DNA of 34,293 bases from Chthoniobacteraceae bacterium (GTDB lineage: Bacteria; Verrucomicrobiota; Verrucomicrobiia; Chthoniobacterales; Chthoniobacteraceae), in assembly GCA_031409335.1 (NCBI GenBank), contig JANNWY010000121.1:1-34293 (forward strand). Reading direction: 5' to 3'. Numbering within the stretch: the stretch's first letter is position 1; the number at the start of each line of letters is the position of its first letter. A model generated the notes under the pieces. That model had not been told where the DNA came from and made no database searches. It was given only the letters and a program-made list of their open reading frames with translations. Shown one piece after another: positions 1 through 7,643 of the stretch. The position numbers and the translations under genes were made by a program.

Positions 1-45
1 GGGCGCGCGCTCTCGGAGGCGTGGCGCTGCGCGCGCAGGGTCGCT

Positions 46-70
46 TCATGCGGAGGCCCGCATGAGCCAC
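46..70 (-). repeat. REP-like palindrome (GTGGC + TCATGCGG-N4-CCGCATGA on the minus strand), copy 1
   Basis: tcatgcggaggcccgcatgagccac matches 17144-17168 at 22/25 positions; all differences are in the loop. Confidence 0.6.
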
Positions 71-416
71 GGCCTGACGGGCCGCGACAAAGCATTTCCC
101 GGCATCGCCCAGGCTTCCATTGCGCGATGGCCCTGCTCCGCCAGCCGACCGTCGGCCCTTCGGAAAACGATGCTGGACTCTTCCCGAGAAACCCCACCCG
201 CCTAACTCGCTTGTCTCTGAGAGGCTGAGCTTGTCGAAGGCCGCTGCGGGGCAAAAGCCTTCGCTTGCCCGTGGGGAAACGGGGGTTTCGGGTTCAGGGA
301 ACACGTTCATTCTGCAAATGGGGTTTTGCTTTGAGGAACTGCGACCGACAACTAACCGCGCAGGTTTTGCCGACGTTCCCTAAATTCGTCAACATCATTT
401 TTGAAACTTATCGAAT

Positions 417-788
417 GATGCCGGGGAAATGGGGCGCTTTGCTGGGTGACAAAAGGACGGCGCAGGGTGGGGATAACTCTTTGCCGGGTGGCAAAATCAT
501 TTTTCCATCCGTCTTGATGTCTTTGTCACCCTGCAAAATGTCTTTGTTACCCTGCAACGTCATGATGTTAGCCGTCGCGAGCGTTTTCCTTCCTGCGAGA
601 AGTCCATGTCATACCACATGGACTTCTCGCAGGGTGAAAAAATGTTTAAGACAGATGACTTGAATTCTCTGCAGGGCGGATCTGTCTCTATGTCACCTTG
701 CTTCGTCGTCTTGTTACCTGACACGGAAGCCATGTTACCCTGCAAAGAAGCCCTGTTGCCTGAAAAACGTTCCATTCGCGGGAGAAAA
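417..788. repeat. Degenerate 21-bp-period array (about 17 units) with block-wise inverted cores
   Basis: Best units: tttg-ctgggtga-caaa (438), tttg-ccgggtgg-caaa (480), tttg-tcaccctg-caaa (522), tttg-ttaccctg-caac (543), ctcg-cagggtga-aaaa (626), catg-ttaccctg-caaa (731). The tgtyacc-like motif recurs at 524/545/566 and 691/712/733/754. Confidence 0.85.
592..633. repeat. Perfect 18-bp inverted repeat with 6-nt loop at the centre of the array
   Basis: cctgcgagaagtccatgt (592-609), loop catacc, acatggacttctcgcagg (616-633). Confidence 0.95.
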
Positions 789-863
789 TGCCGGGAGTCA
801 ACCGGATGGCACCGATGTTGCTAAGTAGCTCTCCCGTATGTCTGTTCCATGAAACGCAGAAAG

Positions 864-1025
864 CCCTGCGGACTAATCCGCGGGACCTTGTGCCTATCCG
901 ATGGCTGGCGGCTCCGGGAGGGATGTGAAAGCATTCCTTCCCACGCACAACTGGCTGGAGGATGGGTGCGGGGTGGCTGTTCCGGCGACGGGGGCAGGCG
1001 ACAACACTAGTCATTCTGACTAGTG
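864..1025 (+). ncRNA. Putative structured RNA / 5' leader upstream of the FN3 gene
   Basis: Hand-paired stems: 865-872/877-884; 885-899/960-974 (15 bp, 5 G-U); 902-908/951-957; 916-926/931-941 capped by a GAAA tetraloop; perfect 1005-1013/1017-1025. Confidence 0.55.
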
Positions 1026-1050
1026 AGATAGTATCAAATAACATCATGTT

Positions 1051-1668
1051 ATGAAAAAGCCCATAGTCTCACTGAGCTTCGCCAAGCTGGCGGATGCCAA
1101 TCTCGTCACCAAGACGAACCAAATCCTTGCCAGCATGACTGGCAATACCCACTACCCTACTCCGACGCCCACCCTGCCAGTCGTGCAGGCGGCGGCGACG
1201 GCCTTTAGCTCCGCGCTGACGGCGGCGGCGGATGGCGGGAGGACGAAAACGGCGGAGAAGAACGCGGCGCGCAGCGTCCTGCTCGGGCTGCTGCGGAATC
1301 TCGCGCTGTTTGTGCAGCAGCATTGTAATGAAGACCTGGTGGTGCTGCTGACCTCGGGCTTCGACGCGCAGAAGGAGCCGCAACCGGCGGGGGTGCTGCC
1401 AGCTCCGCTTGGGGCGACGCTGACGCGGAGCAAGCTCTCGGGCCAGCTCGACTTCCGGGCGGGATCGGTCGCGAACGCGAGCGCCTATGAAGGGCAGATG
1501 ACCACGGATATCAACAAGAGCGAGTGGGAGGATGTGGGGACGTTCACAGCCACCCGCTTTTCGCTCGATGATCTGAAGCCGGGCACGACCTACTGGGCGC
1601 GCTCCCGCGCGGTCGGCTCTGAGGGGCCGGGGGCGTGGAGCGATGCGGTGTCGGCGATGGCGATTTGA
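1051..1668 (+). CDS. Small protein with N-terminal helical domain and C-terminal fibronectin type III-like domain
   Basis: 205-aa ORF. C-terminus has the FN3 pattern LDDLKPGTTYWARSRAVGSEGPGAWS; N-terminal half is Ala/Leu-rich amphipathic helices; no signal peptide. Confidence 0.8.
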   Translation: MKKPIVSLSFAKLADANLVTKTNQILASMTGNTHYPTPTPTLPVVQAAATAFSSALTAAADGGRTKTAEKNAARSVLLGLLRNLALFVQQHCNEDLVVLLTSGFDAQKEPQPAGVLPAPLGATLTRSKLSGQLDFRAGSVANASAYEGQMTTDINKSEWEDVGTFTATRFSLDDLKPGTTYWARSRAVGSEGPGAWSDAVSAMAI

Positions 1669-1760
1669 CCCGCGGATCAACGCGGATTTCGCCGGGGCAC
1701 GGCCGATCGGTTTTCGCGAACCGGGGGCCGGTCTTCGGTGAGATCCGCGCAATCCGCGGG
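1669..1760 (+). repeat. Long imperfect hairpin with cgcggat/atccgcg repeats directly after the FN3 stop codon
   Basis: cccgcggatcaacgcggatttcgccggggcacggcc...ggccggtcttcggtgagatccgcgcaatccgcggg; several mismatches are G-U compatible on the + strand. Confidence 0.75.
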
Positions 1761-2044
1761 CGCATCGCCGCCATCGGCTGCGGGGAGGTGCCCACCGCCT
1801 TTTGGGCGAACAAGAAAATGAGATCGGCTCCGCGTTCCTCGAACTCACCCGCTACACCGGCGATCCAAGGCGCAGCCTGCGCTGAGAAACCATCGGAGTT
1901 CACACATTTTCGGCAGCCGACATCTGTAACTACAAAGCAGTAGCAAGTTTGCCGCGGGGCTTGCCGCGACTAGGCATTTGCCGCGAAGAATCGACTTTCA
2001 ATGTTTAGCAATCGCCGTTTTCCACTGCCCATCAACGTGCCGCC

Positions 2045-2896
2045 ATGTCCGTCATCCTTCTCAAGCTGAGCTGCCCCGACCGCGTCGGTCTGCTCGCGCG
2101 CGTCTCGAATTTCGTGGCGGAGCACGGCGGCAATTTTATCGAGGTGCATCAGTTCACGGACGCGGATGCGAAATGGTTTTTCACGCGAATGGCGATCGAG
2201 ACGGGGACGTTGCATGTCGGGCTCGGGGAATTTCGCGCGCGTTTTCAGCCAGTCGCCGATGGGCTCGGCGCGGAGTGGACGATCCGCGATGCAGCGGAGA
2301 AAATGCGCGTCGTGCTGATGGTCTCAAAGCTGGGCCACTGCCTGGCGGATTTGCTCTGGCGCTGGCGCTCGGGCGAACTGGCGTTCGAGGTGCCGCTGGT
2401 GATCTCGAATCATGCGGACTTCCGGCAGATGGTGGAGCGCGAGGGCATCGAATTCCACCACGCGCCGATGGCTGCGCCGCAGGAAAATGGGTTCGGGAGA
2501 ATCGCGGAGCGTCTGCGTGAAGTGCGGGCGGACCTCGTGGTGCTGGCGCGCTACATGCAGATCGTCCCGCCCGAAATCTGCGCGGAGTGGCACGGGCGAA
2601 TGATCAACATTCATCATTCGTTCCTGCCGTCATTCGTCGGCGCGAATCCGTACCAGCGCGCGCACGAGCGCGGCGTGAAGCTGATCGGTGCGACCTGCCA
2701 CTACGTCACCGCGGAACTCGACGCCGGGCCGATCATCGATCAGGAAGTGATTTCCGTGGAGCACTACCACACGCCTGCGGATCTGGTGCGGCTCGGACGC
2801 GATTGTGAGCGCCTCGCCCTCGCCCGCAGCGTGCGCTGGCATCTCGCGGATCGCGTGCTGATGCACGGGAAAAAGACGGTCGTCTTCCGGGATTGA
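2045..2896 (+). CDS. purU: Formyltetrahydrofolate deformylase
   Basis: N-terminal ACT domain (CPDRVG), VSKLGHCL, LARYMQI, INIHHSFLPSFVGANPY, ELDAGPII motifs. Confidence 0.97.
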   Translation: MSVILLKLSCPDRVGLLARVSNFVAEHGGNFIEVHQFTDADAKWFFTRMAIETGTLHVGLGEFRARFQPVADGLGAEWTIRDAAEKMRVVLMVSKLGHCLADLLWRWRSGELAFEVPLVISNHADFRQMVEREGIEFHHAPMAAPQENGFGRIAERLREVRADLVVLARYMQIVPPEICAEWHGRMINIHHSFLPSFVGANPYQRAHERGVKLIGATCHYVTAELDAGPIIDQEVISVEHYHTPADLVRLGRDCERLALARSVRWHLADRVLMHGKKTVVFRD

Positions 2897-2904
2897 CGCG
2901 CTCG

Positions 2905-3348
2905 CTAAACGGACGAAAGCGCTTCCTTCACCGCGGCGGGCAGCGGACGCGCGCCATCGCCGCCGAGGCGCGTGTCGATTTCCTCCAGGCGATGGATGAG
3001 ATCGCTCACCTCGCGCCGGGCGTACGGTCCGCCCGCGGCTGCGCAAAAGTGCGTGCGGCAGCCGAATGGCCGGTCGCTGTAGATCAGGCAGCGACCCTGC
3101 GGATCGAGCAGCGGACACGCGCCGTCGGTGCGCTCGGCGACACGGGTGCGGCCGGTGGAGCGCAGCGCTTTTGCGGCGGTGAGCGCTTCGCCTTTGGTGA
3201 GAAACGGCGTGCGGCCGGTGAGCTTGAAGTGGCAGCACTCGGTGCGCAGCGTGCAGGCGCGCTCGATCGGGCGCGTCGCGAGTTCCGCGTAAATGGCGCG
3301 CACTTCCGTGATCGCGGTCGCGGCGTCCGGCGAACGGCGCGGCTTCAC
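2905..3348 (-). CDS. YkgJ-family cysteine-cluster (Zn/Fe-S binding) protein
   Basis: CTLRTECC ... CPLLD...CLIYSDRPFGCRTHFC. Probable GTG start at 3348 overlaps the upstream TGA (GTGA). Confidence 0.8.
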   Translation of the reverse strand: MKPRRSPDAATAITEVRAIYAELATRPIERACTLRTECCHFKLTGRTPFLTKGEALTAAKALRSTGRTRVAERTDGACPLLDPQGRCLIYSDRPFGCRTHFCAAAGGPYARREVSDLIHRLEEIDTRLGGDGARPLPAAVKEALSSV

Positions 3349-3881
3349 TCCGCGCGGTAATGCACACTCAGCGTGCGGAACACATTCGAGCCGTTTTGCG
3401 CGCTGTAGTAGAACAGCTCGATCGCGGTGTTGTTCTTGTTCCACTTGTAACCCACCACGGTCTGCACCACGTCGCCCTCGGGCTCGGTCTTGCGCGCGAT
3501 CAGTTGTCCGGGCCCAAACCGCTTCTCGATGCTCCGCCGAATCTGGCCCATGTATTCGTCGTACTTCGGCTGGTCCCAATTGTCGCGCTGATACTGCAAC
3601 TCGACCTCGGTGAGCGTGCCCGCCTTGAAGAAAAAAACCGTCCGTTTCAAACCCGCCTGCGCGAGCCCCTCGACATCCCAGGCATCGCGCCCGTTCTCGG
3701 TCTTGCGCTTTTCAACGATCGTCGCCTTGGCGTTCTTGAGCAGTCGCTCCAGCCGCTCGCTGGATTCGCCCCAGATGAGGCCGAACGGTGGCTTGATGTC
3801 CTCCGCCCGCGCAGTCGAAACCAGCCACACTGCGGCGAGCAAGCCAGCGGTTGAAAGTGTGAGCGTCGATTTGCGGATCAA
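3345..3881 (-). CDS. Hypothetical exported protein
   Basis: Last ~178 aa of the long minus ORF: signal-peptide-like LLAAVWLVSTARA followed by protein-like sequence; TTG start at 3881 is uncertain. Confidence 0.7.
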   Translation of the reverse strand: MIRKSTLTLSTAGLLAAVWLVSTARAEDIKPPFGLIWGESSERLERLLKNAKATIVEKRKTENGRDAWDVEGLAQAGLKRTVFFFKAGTLTEVELQYQRDNWDQPKYDEYMGQIRRSIEKRFGPGQLIARKTEPEGDVVQTVVGYKWNKNNTAIELFYYSAQNGSNVFRTLSVHYRAE

Positions 3882-4097
3882 AGTTTGGGGCAGTGCCTCG
3901 ACATGCCAACCCGCACAGCACACCGCTTTGCGAAGCGTTGTCAAACCCCGATCCCGCCTCGTTCGGAGTTCGGGCTTTGAAAGCGAGGGCGATGAAACCC
4001 GCGAGCGCGGCAGCCGCCGAGATCGCGCGGCGGATGCAACGCTCGCCGACGCATCAATCGCGCTCGCGGAATGGGTGCGCGGTGTTATCTCAAATCC

Positions 4098-6578
4098 GTG
4101 AAATTTCTCGCCCATTTTCTTTTCACCACGACGACGCTCTGTGCCGCCACGATTCCCGGTTCGTTCCGGCAGATCCACTGCGATGGCGGCGGGTGGTTCG
4201 AGCAGATCGTCCCGCATTCTTCGGGCCGCATCTATGGACGGACGGATGTCGGCGGGCTCTATCGCAGCGACGATCATGGCGATTCGTGGCAGTTCCTGAG
4301 CGGCGATTTCACGAACTACGCGAGCTACTTTGTGCAGGGTCTCGCGATCGCGAGTGGCAGCGCGGATGTCGTCTATCAGGCGACCGGCACTTCCTATGCG
4401 GACGGGGAGCCGGGCTGCGGTGTGTGGAAAAGCGTGACCGGCGGGGCAACGTGGACGCAGGTGCTCGCGGGCGTGAATTTCTCCGGCAACGACGCGCCGC
4501 GCTGGGGCGGCGAGTGCCTCGCGATCCAACCGGGGAATGACGCAGAAATCTGGGCCGGCTCGCGCGGCAACGGACTGTGGCGCTCGGTGAATTCCGGCGC
4601 GAACTGGACCAACACGGCGGCGGCCACTTTCGACACGTCGGATGTCGTGATCTGCGGCGTCACGATCCACCCGGCGGCGCCGGATCACGTCTGGGTGTGC
4701 GGCGAGGGCGGCGTGTGGGTGAGCGTGGATCACGGTGCGACTTGGGTGAAAAAAATCACAGCCACGCGCATCTATCGCGTGGTGAGAAAGGCGGACGGCA
4801 CCACCTTTGCCGCGGGCGTGAACAGCGGCGCGAACGTGCTTTACCGAATCACCGCGAGCGATTGGGCGAACCCGGCGACTTACACGGCGGCGAACATCAA
4901 CGCCAACTACAACGCCGCGCTGCCCTACCCGCCGAGTGGGGAAATGGCGATGGTGCAAGTGATGGCGAACGGCGATCTGTGGGCGGCGGACCTGTTCGAG
5001 TTCACCTGCAAAAGCGCGGACAACGGCGCGACTTTCACGCGCCTGCCGATGACGCTCACCGGCCCGCTCACCGGGTGGACGAGCCCCGGCACGACGACCG
5101 TGCCGGGCGGGCGCAACGGCATCGTGCAGGATCCTGCGCTTGCCTCGCGCTTCTTCCTCGGCGGCGGTTACGCGCCTTTTCGCAGCGACGATTCCGGCGC
5201 GACGTGGCGCTTCATCGTCGGTGGCGTGAGCGAGACGGTCGCGTGGCGCGCGTGTTTTCATCCCACCGACCCGAACCGCGTGTGGCTGCCCATCGCCGAC
5301 CTCGGCGCGACGACGGTGAGCGATGGCGGCGCGAGCGGTGCGAGCACGGGCTACATCGCGCCGCAATTTCCCTTTCCCGATGACAACGTGGTTTTCTCGC
5401 ACCGCATGCTCATCAGCGCGGAAAAAACGATCGCGTCCGGCGGTGAGCAGGCCACCCACAAGGCGCGCATCTACCAGACGATCAACAACGGCGCGACGTG
5501 GACAAAGCTCGCCGCCGCCGGCCTGCCCACCGGCGCGAATCGCGAACTCGTGGACGCCGTCGCGGCGAGCGACAACGCGGATGACTTCATCGTCTTTGCC
5601 AGCGGCACCACCGGCGTCGGCGCGGCGGGGATTTACCGCACGACGAATGGCGGCGCGAATTTCACCCAGGCCACGGGGATCCCGGCGGGGAGTGACACGG
5701 GCAATCTTTTCTACTGGCAGCCCTCGCTCGAACGGCACGCGACCGACCCCGCGGTGCGCTTCCTGTTTCTCCGCAACACCGGCTTTTTCAAAAGCACAGA
5801 TCGCGGCGCATCGTGGACAAAGCCCGGCGCGCAGCCGCGCAATACGTTCGCGAAACTCCGCGTCGATCCCGTCACCAGCCGCGTCTGGGTTGGCACGGAA
5901 TTCAGCACGGGCTTTGATTTCAGCGACGATGGCGGCGCGTCGTGGACGGCGACGAGCACGTTCACGAGCGTCACCGATTTCGACTGTCACGGCGGCCGCC
6001 TCGCGGCGCTCGGCAGGCGCGCGGGGGATACGTTCAACAAGATTTACGCCTCCGCCGACAACGGGGTGACGTGGGATGAAATCACGCGCGCCGGCCAGCG
6101 CTTTGCGAACGCGCAAGCCGTTGCCGTGGACCCGTGGCGGCCCGGCACCGTTTGGATTTCCACGAATGGCCGCGCCATCGCGCGCTTCACGCCGTGGACG
6201 CCGCTCGAAATCTGGCGCGACACCAATCTCGGCAGCCCGACCGCCGACGACCTCGCGAACCCGGACGGCGACACCTTTCGCAATCTGATCGAATACGCAC
6301 TCGGCACCGATCCCAACGCCCCGGATGCGCCGCTCACCGGTGAGATCGCCACCGACGCTGGCTCGCGCTACACCGCGCTCCGCATCCCCCGCGATGCCAT
6401 CGCAGCAGGCGTGACCTACAGCGTGGAAGCCAGCGGCGACCTCGCGACATGGAGCGCCGCGGGCCTCGTGACCATCGCCGATACGGCCACGCTGCTGCAC
6501 GTCCGCGACAATGTCGCCATCGGCGCGCCGGGTGTTGGAAAACGTTTCCTGCGGCTAAGAGTGACCGCGCCACTTTGA
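4098..6578 (+). CDS. Secreted GH74 (xyloglucanase)-like BNR/Asp-box beta-propeller protein with C-terminal accessory domain
   Basis: Signal peptide from GTG 4098; GGGW...YGRTDVGGLYRS matches the GH74 catalytic RTDxGG motif; many S-x-D-x-G-x-T-W Asp-boxes. Confidence 0.8.
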   Translation: MKFLAHFLFTTTTLCAATIPGSFRQIHCDGGGWFEQIVPHSSGRIYGRTDVGGLYRSDDHGDSWQFLSGDFTNYASYFVQGLAIASGSADVVYQATGTSYADGEPGCGVWKSVTGGATWTQVLAGVNFSGNDAPRWGGECLAIQPGNDAEIWAGSRGNGLWRSVNSGANWTNTAAATFDTSDVVICGVTIHPAAPDHVWVCGEGGVWVSVDHGATWVKKITATRIYRVVRKADGTTFAAGVNSGANVLYRITASDWANPATYTAANINANYNAALPYPPSGEMAMVQVMANGDLWAADLFEFTCKSADNGATFTRLPMTLTGPLTGWTSPGTTTVPGGRNGIVQDPALASRFFLGGGYAPFRSDDSGATWRFIVGGVSETVAWRACFHPTDPNRVWLPIADLGATTVSDGGASGASTGYIAPQFPFPDDNVVFSHRMLISAEKTIASGGEQATHKARIYQTINNGATWTKLAAAGLPTGANRELVDAVAASDNADDFIVFASGTTGVGAAGIYRTTNGGANFTQATGIPAGSDTGNLFYWQPSLERHATDPAVRFLFLRNTGFFKSTDRGASWTKPGAQPRNTFAKLRVDPVTSRVWVGTEFSTGFDFSDDGGASWTATSTFTSVTDFDCHGGRLAALGRRAGDTFNKIYASADNGVTWDEITRAGQRFANAQAVAVDPWRPGTVWISTNGRAIARFTPWTPLEIWRDTNLGSPTADDLANPDGDTFRNLIEYALGTDPNAPDAPLTGEIATDAGSRYTALRIPRDAIAAGVTYSVEASGDLATWSAAGLVTIADTATLLHVRDNVAIGAPGVGKRFLRLRVTAPL

Positions 6579-6653
6579 ATCGCAGCGAACGAAGGTGGCC
6601 GATCGGTCCCGCGCTTGTCAGGAGTTCCGCCGCGTGATGTCATCCCCATTTTT

Positions 6654-7643
6654 ATGACCCCAGCGCAAGCCATCCGATCCGCACTCCCTCTCCTCGCCGG
6701 GCTGATCGTCGGTGCCGTTGGCGCGGTGCTTTTTCAGGAAAGCATGCCGGCGACACTAGGCTCACCACAGGAGCGCGCGGACAAGCTGGAGCGCGAACTC
6801 AATCAGGCGCAGAGCCGGCTCGCGGCGTTCGAGTCGCCTGATGCGCGGGAGAAAAATTCGCGCGGAATTTTCGACCGAGCCAGCAAGGCGAAATCGTCGA
6901 TGCAGCTTCGCAGCATTGCGGATCGCGTCCGCGCGGGAGAACCCGTTTCACCCGAGGATATTTTTCGCGCGACCAAACCGTGGCTGAGCGACATCTCGCC
7001 GGTCTTCGACCTGATGCGGGTGCGCACGCAGCGGAAGTTGTTCGAGAGCATGTCGGGTGAAATCGCGCGCAAATACGACCTCAATCCGCAACAGCAGGCG
7101 GCGTTGAAAGTGTGGTTCGCCAGCCGGGCGGAAGAGCAGACGAAGCAATGGAACGACATGGTCAACAGCGACACGACCGGGCTCAAGGATTTCCTGCGCA
7201 TCGCCCAGGACCAGCAGCCCGACAAGGGCATCGAATCCTTCATGGAAACCGTGCTCACCGGCGAGAAACTGGCGGCATACAAAAGCGAGCGACTCAACGA
7301 TCGGGCGCAGCGCGTGCAAAGCCAGGCGGACGCGAAAGTGCAGCGCCTGAATTCCATCGTGCAGCTCAGCGACGCGCAGCGCGATCAGGTCTTTGGAATC
7401 ATGGCTCGCAACTCTCCTGACTACGATCACGCGATGGTGCTGGAAGGCACGGGCGGGCAGATCAATGCCGCGCCGACTGGCAATTCGCAGGCCGCGATTT
7501 TATCGGTGCTCACACCGGATCAGCGCGTCGCTTATGAATCCGAACGCACCCGCCGCCACGACGAAGCGGCGAAGGAAATGGCGGAGGTCGGCCTCGCGTT
7601 TCCCCCCGAGTGGGACGTGCTCGATGACATGGATTTCCGGTGA
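6654..7643 (+). CDS. Hypothetical membrane-anchored helical protein
   Basis: N-terminal TM segment (LPLLAGLIVGAVGAVLF), coiled coil, and LNPQQQ/LSDAQR/LTPDQR motifs reminiscent of LTXXQ/Spy-type helices. Confidence 0.75.
   Translation: MTPAQAIRSALPLLAGLIVGAVGAVLFQESMPATLGSPQERADKLERELNQAQSRLAAFESPDAREKNSRGIFDRASKAKSSMQLRSIADRVRAGEPVSPEDIFRATKPWLSDISPVFDLMRVRTQRKLFESMSGEIARKYDLNPQQQAALKVWFASRAEEQTKQWNDMVNSDTTGLKDFLRIAQDQQPDKGIESFMETVLTGEKLAAYKSERLNDRAQRVQSQADAKVQRLNSIVQLSDAQRDQVFGIMARNSPDYDHAMVLEGTGGQINAAPTGNSQAAILSVLTPDQRVAYESERTRRHDEAAKEMAEVGLAFPPEWDVLDDMDFR

Noticed and set aside
120..400. Cobalamin or other known riboswitch, or a protein-coding gene
   Set aside because: No B12 box or other conserved riboswitch core was recognised on either strand, and the ORFs lack protein-like composition.
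417..788. CRISPR array
   Set aside because: The period is only 21 bp, there are no unique spacers, units are degenerate and in mixed orientation, and no cas genes are present.
3941..3981. Hairpin tcaaaccccga/tcgggctttga in a divergent intergenic region
   Set aside because: Short, imperfect and single copy in the window; it cannot be distinguished from chance.
3882..6500. 1051-aa minus-strand ORF as a single gene
   Set aside because: Most of it is an Arg-rich antisense shadow of the GH74-like gene; only the last ~178 codons look like a real protein.
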